64,000 nt of DNA from Octopus vulgaris (lineage: Eukaryota): contig OX597826.1 of assembly GCA_951406725.2 (NCBI GenBank), positions 3,472,001 through 3,536,000 on the forward strand, in the 5' to 3' direction. Below are positions 53,564-64,000 of this stretch, piece by piece. The stretch's first letter is position 1. Each line of letters begins with the position of its first letter. The translations under genes and the position numbers were made by a program. A model generated the notes under the pieces. The model had not been told where the DNA came from, searched no databases, and saw only the letters and a program-made list of their open reading frames with translations.

Positions 53564-55039
53564 TGAATAATATGAGCGAAGTTAGTACCTATGTATTATT
53601 ATTCTTGCTGGCTGTATGCACGTATGTGGGCGAAGGCTCCCGTTAGGTGATATACGCAGGATTTTGAAACTCGATGAAAATTAATACAGTATGTACTTTG
53701 TTGAATGAATCGTTTCTATATCTCTTGCAATATATAGATTCTAACTTCAGTGAGAACAGGTCTTCAACAATATGATGAGCAATAGGCGTCTTCATGCAAT
53801 TTAAATTCATTTTTAACTTAAACTCGGAACGAATTCATAGATAAGTAGTAACAGGATGTTTAAAGAAATAATATACACATTTCCATTGAAAGAGAACTTC
53901 GTATCAATTACAACATTGTCAGACTGATAAAAGATATAATTAGTCTTAGTTTTCTAATCTATTTCATTACACTATCAATTAAAATGATGTGTCGCATTTA
54001 CTTTATATCCTTAAATGAAAAACGCAATTGTTTCGTCTGATGACAACGCTAAACATCATTATTTAGAAACTGGCTGACATAAGGAAGTAATTGTATCATT
54101 AGCCATGATATTAATATCTCCTGAGTATGAAATAAATAGGAACGTATTAATGTATCCTCCACAGTGCAGTTACTGGTTGGAATTTCTCTCATGACCACCA
54201 TCAACGTCATTGTTATTAATATTCAGGCAAATAGTAAGGCATTGGACTAATATACATCGATATCACGAACTAATATCAATATTATGCATCATTGAAGCGG
54301 TGAAGCCGCAGAACCACTAAAGAAAGATAATTTAATAATTGCAACTGCAAAAGTCTGTATGACAAGTTCAAATACGGTTGAAATATGTATTTATATGACA
54401 CTATTTCATCCCTGCTTCTAGACGTGAAATAAGTTTCTTCCATGATTTTCGATAAAATTATTCTGGATGTCGTAATATTCGGAACTCGAAGATATAATTA
54501 ACGTGTCAGATATAAAAAATCCTTACTACTATAAGCACAAGGCCTGAGCTTTTGAGGAAGTAGTCTAGCAAGTTACATTGAAATAAGTCGACGACTGCTA
54601 CTTATTTCATCGTCCGCGTAAAGGAGTAAGACCATGTCGACCTCATGCAGAATTTAAAGTCAGACTCTGAAATCGAAAGATATAACGCTATATATTTTCT
54701 CCGGTCTCCCTATCCTGGGGTCGTCCCAAGACTTACAACCTCTATTCTATGATGTTAGACTTCTCATTTTGCGTCGTCTCTTACATGTTTCAGCCGTTTG
54801 CCTGCGGCCATGTTGGGGGAGGTGTGTGTGCCTTGAATGGTTTTAGTCGAACGAATCAACTCCAGGACATAGTCTTTATTCAGTCGGTTTCTTTTTGCCG
54901 AAACGCTAAGTAACGGCGACGTAAGCACATCAACATCGTTTTACAGGCGGTGGGTGGAGGATAAGGATACAAAAACAAGTACACAGATATACATATACCT
55001 AGATATATACATAACACTTTTAAACTTTGGTTTTTCCTA

Positions 55040-55226
55040 TTCCTATGTTGTTACTTTGCCATTCTCTCTCCTTTTTATTCTCTCACTCTTTATTTTCTCT
55101 TTTGAAGAGCGTAGGCTCGAAACGTAAAATACTTTCTCTCTTTTCTGAGCGTTAAACTAAACTGATATACCTGCTTGTTGTTCACACACCAGCCTTCGTC
55201 TTCAGTTTTTCTGTAAATTTCAACAA
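55040..55226 (+). mobile_element. Family B pLTR-like element (degenerate HHR core)
   Basis: GA-A-GAGC-GTAG-GCTC-GAAA-CG-TA-AAA, with a 3' part like 25380-25460. Confidence 0.7.
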
Positions 55227-55232
55227 TATATA

Positions 55233-56135
55233 TTGGGTTCTCCGGAAAGTACGTGCCGATTTATAGTAGCTTAACTTTCGACTTATTTTAGAACATGGCT
55301 GAGTACATAAAGTAGGATTTCACTAAACCTCCATTTAGAGCCCAGTTTACGCTATCTTTTCGTGAAAGAAGGTTTATGTTCCTATAACCTGTTTTAATTC
55401 TGTAACCCTTTCAAATGGAAGATGAGAAAGTTCATTTCCGGCACTTGATGCTTTTCCTTTTCCGTAAAGGGAAAAATGCCTCACAAGCAACCAAAGAAAT
55501 ATGCGCAGTTTACGGTGATGTTTCTTTATCTGAAAGAACTGTACGGAAGTGGTTCGCAAGGTTCCGAGCTGGAGATTGTAGCTTTATTGATAAAGAGCGA
55601 TCAGGCAGACCATCCACAACAGATGATGACCAAATCAAGTCATTAATTGAGAATAACCCACATTGCACAACTCGAGAATTGGCAGAAAGCCCTCAACCTA
55701 TCAAAATCTGTCGTTCATAAGCTCCTGGTAAAGCTGGGTTACAGAAATGGCTACGATATTTGGGTACCACATGAGCTGAGCGAGAAGAACATTTTGGATC
55801 GCATTTCCATCTTTCGCTTTATAAACGGAATGAGAAAGCGCCTTTTTTAAAGCAAATTGTGAGAGGTCATGAGAAATGGATTATCTACCGATATGTTCAG
55901 AGAAAGCGATCCTGGAGTAAGCGACATGAGCCATCTTTAGCCACCTTAAAAGCAGATCTTCACACTAAAAAAGGCTGGTGGGATTGGAAAGTAATTCAGT
56001 ACTATGAGCTTCTCTCCCAGACAATTAATTCAGACGAGTTAAAAGTAGCAATTCTAGAGAAAAGTCCAGAATTGGCCAACAGGAAGGGTGTTGTTTTCCA
56101 ACATGATAACGCGAGACCGCACGTTTCTTTGGGAA
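55233..56135 (+). pseudogene. 3'-truncated mariner transposon (frameshifted transposase)
   Basis: TA then TIR-like TTGGGTTCTCCGGAAAGTACGTGCCGATTT. Protein pieces MEDEKVHFRHLMLF..RSGRP, WVPHEL, IVRGHEKW, WWDWK, VFQHDNARPH. Confidence 0.93.
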
Positions 56136-56342
56136 CGATCCTTCTTCCAAGAAATCTAATGCTCGTAGCTTAGTTTTTCCTTGGGACTGGCCGGATCGGA
56201 GCGATCTCAAGATTAATCAGCCGAAATTGCTACGATGATCCGGTTCTTGACTGAAGATTGAGGGCTTCGAATGTCCCGTCCGTGTTTTTTGTATCGTCTT
56301 CTAAGTGTTCTGCGTTCTTGTCCCAGTTTGTATTTTTTTACA
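56131..56342. repeat. Unidentified short structured element ending at (TA)n
   Basis: Hairpin CCGGATC..AGCGATCTC / GAAATTGCT..GATCCGG followed by CTGAAGA. It replaces the mariner 3' end. Confidence 0.4.
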
Positions 56343-56493
56343 TATAATAATTATATATATATATATAATATTATAAATATATGTATATATGCATGTATAT
56401 ATATGAATTTGTTTGCGTAATGAGATAAAAAACAAAGGCTGCATAGACATTAGAGCATTTATAGATAGGTCTTACAGCTGTTCTAATATCCCA

Positions 56494-56602
<109 letters not shown>

Positions 56603-57128
56603 TGTATGCATGTATTGAGATCATGTGGCCGATGATTCTGAGTCTCTGTTCAAATGTTTCCTTGCAAAAGTTAATAAACGTATGTATGTATGGATGTATG
56701 TATGAATGTATGTTATGTGTGTGTGTGTGTGTGTGTGTGTGCATAGTGCGTGTGCGCATGTGGGTTTGTGTCTGTATGTACGTATGTATGTATGTATGTA
56801 TCTGTGCGTGCTCACATATCTGTTTAGATATATCTTTTCAGTTGAAATAGTTTTCTTCCTCTTCGGGATTAATTTTCTATGAATTTATATAGCCATGAAA
56901 TTACGTATTTTGCAACCCCCCCATCCCCACAACACACGCGCCCGCACGCGCCCGCACGCACCACACTAGATGCACAACGCTACACACACGCGGAGGTGCA
57001 GAACCGAACCATAGGTACATACGTTCACATCTCCTCTACAGTCTTTCTATCTGCACACATAGATGTGCACGTAAGTATATTATGCATGCATATATTTGTA
57101 TTTATGTGCGTGTACGCCTATTACTGAG

Positions 57129-57169
<41 letters not shown>

Positions 57170-57385
57170 TTATTTATATATATATATATATACATATATA
57201 TACATATATATACATATATATATATATACTTTTACGTATTTTCGCACTGATGCATGGTTATATAAATATATATATATACACATATATATATACATAATAT
57301 ATATGTACATATATATATATATATATACACATATATATGTATGTACATATGTATATATATATATATATATATACATATATGTATA

Positions 57386-57425
<40 letters not shown>

Positions 57426-57490
57426 TATACACATATATACATATATATATACACACATATATATATATATACATATATATATGTACATAT

Positions 57491-57616
<126 letters not shown>

Positions 57617-59625
57617 ATGTATGTACGTATGGATGCATGCTTATATATATATAACATATATTCATTTTAGTGTGTATTTTTTCACATACTAAACGCCGGA
57701 AATGTGATCATTCATTCACATATGTGTTTGTGAATGTGTATGTGTATATATGTATACGTGAGTCTATGTTTCATGACATTTTATGTTTGTTTATAGGTTT
57801 GCATATTTCGAATGCGTTTCCCGGGGTGTTTTGGATAACTGAACTGCAATAATTCGCTGAATGTGAAGGAGAAAATTATCAGTTTGGAAGTAATGTCACA
57901 GAAGGAACCGTTCCCAGTAGCTTCTCGCAGGCTACATTCTCGTGACGTAATTGCAGAAATCAAGCATTCTTGAAAAGCCCTTGCACGTTTTGCTAAATTA
58001 AGGAGAACCGCGCAGCTACCTCATATAGTCTGAAAATATCTTCAGATTCTTATCTTCTTGTTATGATTAGTCACTTTAGAATATGACTACAAGATGTTAC
58101 AGAAATTATGAAACCTTTCTGTCGTTATATTCCCCTATACGTATCAGAGTTCTTTTAGCTTTTCAGTTTTTATAATGACACTTTAATATATGAGTCGATA
58201 TGAGCTAATATAATAGCTAATTGCTATGCAAATTTGAGGAGGTCAACTCGTTGGTATTAGCAAATATTTCATATATTTTGGTTACATAAATGTGCAATTC
58301 AATTCATAAGCACTTGCTTTGTCAGTTGTCATCGCTGTCTGTTATTTATTGTTCAAAATTCATTACATTCTCTTTTCCATACAACATTTTCTCATTTGCC
58401 ATCTTTTCTAAAATATCCAACAATACCAAAAATTTTTGTGTGCTTAATCAAAATTATAATAATATGAATTTGCAATTTGTTCTAAATGCTTTATATAAAC
58501 ACAATATGAATAAACATGTGATTTACTCTGATCTGTTCTATAAAATCAATACGAGAAATTTGAATAGGTATCATTATTGGTTTATTTTTGACAAAGTTAG
58601 AAGCAAATGTCTAGGAATTTATGAAATACTAACCAGTGATGAGCTACCAATAACTGAAACTTTATATGACCCTGAGAACAAGCTGTTGCACGAAGAACTT
58701 TATAATTAATTGTATAATAAATTTGTTATTTACGCAAGAAACAAATAAATATTATAGTGAAAAATTAATGGATTATATCGACAACATTTGTCAAACGTAA
58801 AAGAATTAAAGTCGATCACGGTGCAATTTGAAAAATTAAAATTAATATGAAATTTAATTCATTGAGAAAAATTACCTAATGCGATTGAATGTCAAAAGAT
58901 ACAATTATGCAAAATATGCACGAATCTTTCCTTTCTAATACTCGAGTGGTTAGGCTGATTTGTAAAGGTTTATCTTTTTTTATTCTTAGTTTAAATGCAG
59001 CTCATTTTAATTTTGTTGTGTATTTCCTTCTAATTCGATAATTATTTACTTATTGTGTTGAAGGACTCCTTTACAATGTGGTTATTTTGTAACACGTGTC
59101 TTTTGTTAACAAATCTAAAACTCATATCAAATTCGGTGTCGCTTTTATACATATTCTTCGAAGTCAATATGCAAATGCTTGGAATTTTTGGTGCATTTTC
59201 TATTAGCAAGATTCGCTTATTTTGTTTTCTTTTGAACATCATGATTTAAAATAAAATTACAGATCTAATTATTGCGGTCATTTGTGAATTGCTTCGAGAA
59301 TTTCATTGCATCAATTTTTGTAGCGGAATACTATGTCATTCAAGACAGTTATTCCATAATTCTCATTAATTTAACTTGGAACAAATTTATTATAACTTGC
59401 ATTTTAAAATGTAGATGCTCAGCTTATCCTTTCCGCCAACAGTTATATATTTTCTTCTCTAGCACTGACCGCACTCTGAGTTTGAAGTCAAGAGTTCATA
59501 AAACACTAAAATTTTAAAAAAATTGATTATCAGTTTACTTAATTCAATCTAATGTTATATTACGGGATGTTTTTTTTTGTGAAATTTCAAACAGGCACTA
59601 TATACTCGTCTTTATTATTATTTTA

Positions 59626-59665
<40 letters not shown>

Positions 59666-59685
59666 CATTTTAGTAAACTTAGTTT

Positions 59686-60545
59686 ACTACGTGTACCCTT
59701 TACGTAGTTCTCGGGGTGATTCAGCGTGACACAGTTTGACAAGGCTGGACCTTCGAAATACAGTTACAACAGAAACAGGAAGAAAGGGTGAGAGAAAGTT
59801 GTGGTGAAAGAATACTGCAGGGATAGCTACCATCCCCTGCCGCATACTCGTGGAGCTTTTTAAGTATTTTGCTAAAAACATCTCAAAATGCTCGGTCTGG
59901 GAATCGAAACCGTTATCCTACGACCGCGAGTCCGATCCCCTAAACACTAGGCCATTGCGCCTCCACCGTCCCAAAAATATATATAACAATAAATACTATT
60001 CAATTATAGCTCAAATGTCACTTCTATTTGGAAAAACAGTAATTTACCCGATGATATACCTTTTTATTACGCTTTGTGTGAAAAAAAAAATAAAATAACA
60101 ATGTATGGGAAATTGAGAGCGCATGATTGCTCATCTCCCGTTTGTAGCCTAGGACAGTGTATCATGATGTCAGTATTGGCGACATTAATGCAGAGCTGCG
60201 ATTATAAGCTCCTCAGATAAATTACTGAAACCCCACGGCAAAACTTTCACAGTATTATAGCTGAAAACATTAATGATTATATATACACTAGTGGAATGGG
60301 AACTCTCCGTCGGTTACGATGACGAGGATCACAGCTGATACGATTAACGGAACAGGTTGTTAGTGAAATTAACGTGTTAGTGGCCGAGTACTCTATGAAC
60401 ACGTGTGCCCTTAATGTAGTTCTCAGAGAGATTCAGCGCTGGCTTTTGAAATACAGGTACTACTCATTTTTGCCAGCTGAGTGAATTGGAGCAACGTAAA
60501 ATAAAATGTCTTGCTCAAGGACCCAACGCGTCGCTGGGAATTGAA
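59686..60545 (-). mobile_element. Two SINE family 3-related fragments (59686-59966; 60300-60545)
   Basis: Homology to 48672-49044 and 11709-12036. Confidence 0.8.
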
Positions 60546-60821
60546 TTCAGGATCTTAAGATCTTATGATTAACATATACAATATACTGGGTTGAATGATG
60601 TAAATAAATTGAAATTATTCCTGCAATTTGAAGGGAATTAGATAACATCTTGGTGGCGAAATAAATCTAGAAAACACCCACAAAAAGACAATAATTGCTA
60701 TCGCATTGATGAGAGTTTTTCTGAAAACTAAAAAGGCAAACAGGAATATACTATTGACATATATACCCACAAAAAATTGATAAATACATACATTTATACA
60801 AACATATACACACATGCATGT

Positions 60822-60887
<66 letters not shown>

Positions 60888-60888
<1 letters not shown>

Positions 60889-61088
60889 GTTAATCCGAAC
60901 ATGAAAACATAACAACGCGATGACGTGGAAGAAGTATAGTGTTATTGGACGCTCAGGAAAGGAAAGAAAGGAGGTGGATTTAACGTTTCGAGCGGAGCTC
61001 TTCGTCAGAACCAAACATAGAAAAGGGAAGATCCAAGGAAGGTAAGACGGAGGAAAAAATCGCCAACGATATACACGGGGCCACATTT
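60888..61088 (-). mobile_element. Family A pLTR-like element with canonical-core HHR motif (60977-61012)
   Basis: Minus strand CTGACGA-A-GAGC-TCC-GCTC-GAAA-CG-TT; lies between (TA)n tracts. Confidence 0.82.
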
Positions 61089-61091
61089 TGA

Positions 61092-61135
<44 letters not shown>

Positions 61136-62795
61136 TTGTATAGAGCTTATTTCCTATGTAAGAAGTAATGAAATCCAGTCAAAGCAAGCTGCGCGTATTC
61201 GCGTTGCAAAGAGTCATCAAAAACCGAAATGCATCTACCGTTCTCGTTGGCTGCTTCTGGAATGCATCCCACCCCCTCTGATATTTATTGTGTTTTTAAT
61301 ACGTCCATAAAATGTTATTTCATGGCAAATACCGCAGTATCTGGCCAACCGACAATGTATATGCACTAAGTACAGTACCTATATGATTATTTTAACACTG
61401 ACTCAATTGCGTGAACGGATTCGTGAATAAGTATACACACAACCCCCCCCCCCACACACACACACACTCACACACACAACACAACACAACACAACACGCA
61501 ACACACACGTACATACAAACACATATGTATAAATACTGACATCGATATAAGTGAATTTAAATATCCCAGAGAACATTCTGCACACTAAATGTCAATTTGA
61601 TGCTTGTGATATATCGAGAGTAGTGAGTCTGAAAACTTCGAACTGCATTATTATATCATCACCATTTTCAATGCAATAATTGAATTTATCACTAGTATCT
61701 CCGTTCTGTGTTGTTTTCTTTTGTTATACAATTCTTGTGCGTAATTTCTAACATTTTCATGTATAATATTCACTGCAATCTTTTCATTCTTCTCATTGAA
61801 TCATTCCTCAAAATCAATTGTAACTCACTTATAATGGTAATTTACCTCAGCAAATACACTCCCTCTTTAATGTCTTTGCATGTAGAACTAGCAGACGTGT
61901 GCGTTTGAGATTTCTATAATCTTAGTATCGTATCGCATGGTATTTGTCATAGGAAAATTATTGGCAAGTACAGGTGTAGTAACAAAATAAATATATTGTT
62001 TGTATTTAATTTTCGCATATTATTTGTTTCTTAACATTAAATTCAGTAGTTGTCCATACTAGTTTTCTAAATTCACTGTTATATTACTTTATATTAGCTT
62101 TTGTGTACTTTTGACATTCTTTGTAGATTATATGCTCCATACATATTGTCTATCATTCCATCAATTGTTCTCAATAGCTGTATACTTTATATTTCATCTT
62201 TGTGAAATCATGAATCAATAGGCGCCATTCAATTTTAAAAACACCTCCAGGTCATGTATATCGCATATATTGCTTCTTTTTCCTTTCATTTCGTGTCCAT
62301 GTGTTTTCAAAAGATTCCAGTTCATTCAACGAAGCACACAGAAAATTGGAGTTAAACAAATGCGTTAACAGCTACGTTTTCCCTTCGTATTATTAAGGCA
62401 CGATTCATTCCTTTACCATACCGTGGCTGATAAATTCTTTCGTTGTTTACTTGGTACTGCTTATGACAAAATTTCTAATTATCCAGCTTTTGCAGACCAA
62501 AATGTAAATTTTGTTTTTTATATTGTTCATTGACCATAATTTTCTCTGCAAAGGCTCACACTGGATTGAATCAGTTAAGAACCGCAGCTCACTTTTCATT
62601 TGATTATTCCCTGTTTAACTTGCTAGCAATTGGTTTTCATTACTCGGTTCACTTTTTTTTTTTTTTTTTGGTATATATTGCTGGACACAATCATTTTTAT
62701 CTAAATGCTGTTAGTTAATTCTCTTGCCATACGTTTTACAGGGGCATAATATTTCGCTAGATGGAAAGTACCTTTTATACTCATCATCATCGTCC

Positions 62796-62850
<55 letters not shown>

Positions 62851-62897
62851 TATTATTATTATTACTATTATTATTATTATTACTATTTTATTATATT

Positions 62898-63258
62898 TTA
62901 TGTTTGACTTTTGCTTTACATTTGTAAAAGTTGGCTCCAAGTCTCACCCAGAGACCTCAAGACACAACAAGCTGGAGGTCCATGTTGGTGTTATGCCTAG
63001 GGTGCCATGTATTTGCTTTTGTACATAGTGTTGATCTAGAGAATTTTTAAGAAACCATAAGAAAATAATGTTTGTTTTAAAACTTGAGATTACATAGAAA
63101 GTATTTTGCGTAGGATATGAGCAGTTCCCATGAGCACTATCTTTTGAATTTCTCCCATTTTGCGGTTTCCTGTCATCTGAGCTAGGTTGCAATCATCCCC
63201 TTTTGCTATCATTCCTTATGACAGCAGGTATTGTTTTAGTCTTCAGTTTCTACATTTT
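62898..63258 (-). mobile_element. Dong/R4 3' end fragment followed by (AAT)/(GAT)n
   Basis: Near-identical to the 3' ends at 40931-41270 and 41921-42330. Confidence 0.9.
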
Positions 63259-63284
63259 ATTAATTTGCATTATGTCTGCGTTTA

Positions 63285-64000
63285 TAAGTATTATTCAAAA
63301 TATGATTGATGCTTTCGTCACCTTTCTTACAGATTCTATATTTGCTGTCTGACCGAGTTTTGTCGAGCTCTGCCTCTATCACACTTCATCCGAGTGCATG
63401 TTTCTGAGTGTCTATAATTAACTTTTCTGTCTCTCCTTTCAGGTTTCAATCTGTCAGCCACAGTCAACGATTTCCATTTCGAACATTCTCGGTGTATTGC
63501 CAGAACTGACCATGAAGTTCCGTTTGTGCATTTTGCTGTTCTATTTGTTTCCATTTTTGTTATCCTGTTATTCTTCGTTTTCTTTTTTAGATTCTTATAC
63601 TACTTCAGTCACGTGTTGGATATCCCTGGTTGCCAATAGTATTATTTGTTTACTCTGCACAACATTATCTGTAGACTCAATAACGTTTAGTAATCTACTG
63701 CTTTCAACCTTTATTGCTACGTACAGTGCATCAGAAACGATTTTAGGGTGGAGTGCGCTGTAAATTGTGAGCAACATTCTGGTTCTATCCAAGTACTGTA
63801 GCCCAACCTTAGTCCATTTTTGAAATGAGCAAAGTATCTCAATACGGGCATACTCCATGTATTTTAAAGATATTCCCTCAATATAATTTTTTCTCGAGCA
63901 ATTCGCAAATTCTCATTTTGTACCATTTAGCGACTTCATTTCTCCCTTCATTATCCTAGCGTCTTGCTTCACACCTAGGTATTTACAAACCACCCCGCTA
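63285..64000 (-). pseudogene. Second, older Dong/R4-family RT thumb/Zn-finger remnant (runs off the window)
   Basis: KYLGV; TWSMPVLRY; LDRTRMLLTIYSALHPK; LHGQF; LKGETEKLII; YRICKKGDESINHI. Confidence 0.75.

Noticed and set aside
55415-56173. SETMAR-like domesticated transposase gene
   Set aside because: It has frameshifts, a D>H change at the first catalytic Asp, loss of the C-terminus and no SET exon.

Overview
This is AT-rich, microsatellite-dense eukaryotic non-coding DNA. The SINE, LINE and simple-repeat content looks like an octopus/cephalopod genome (inference only). I cannot support any intact host protein-coding gene; almost all listed ORFs are microsatellite translations or transposon remnants. 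The one clearly intact gene is an intron-containing tRNA-Leu(CAA) at 23108-23222 (-). The rest is mobile-element debris: several tRNA-derived SINE families, Dong/R4-type REL LINE pieces in (TAA)n arrays (one looks like an internally deleted SIDE), a HERO-like REL fragment, RTE fragments, a Neptune-type Penelope (RT + GIY-YIG), three mariner remnants, a Tigger-like MITE and a TGT..ACA foldback MITE with a 5-bp TSD. The most interesting signal is a set of short elements in (TA)n/(CA)n tracts carrying minimal type-I hammerhead-ribozyme (HHR)-like motifs from at least six sequence families. Their cores appear to co-vary at the 3:8 tertiary pair (C:G, G:C, inferred U:A). One HHR is fused behind a tRNA-derived Pol III SINE head, one lies in a 450-bp-period partial tandem resembling a retrozyme, and three lie at the inversion point of foldback copies.
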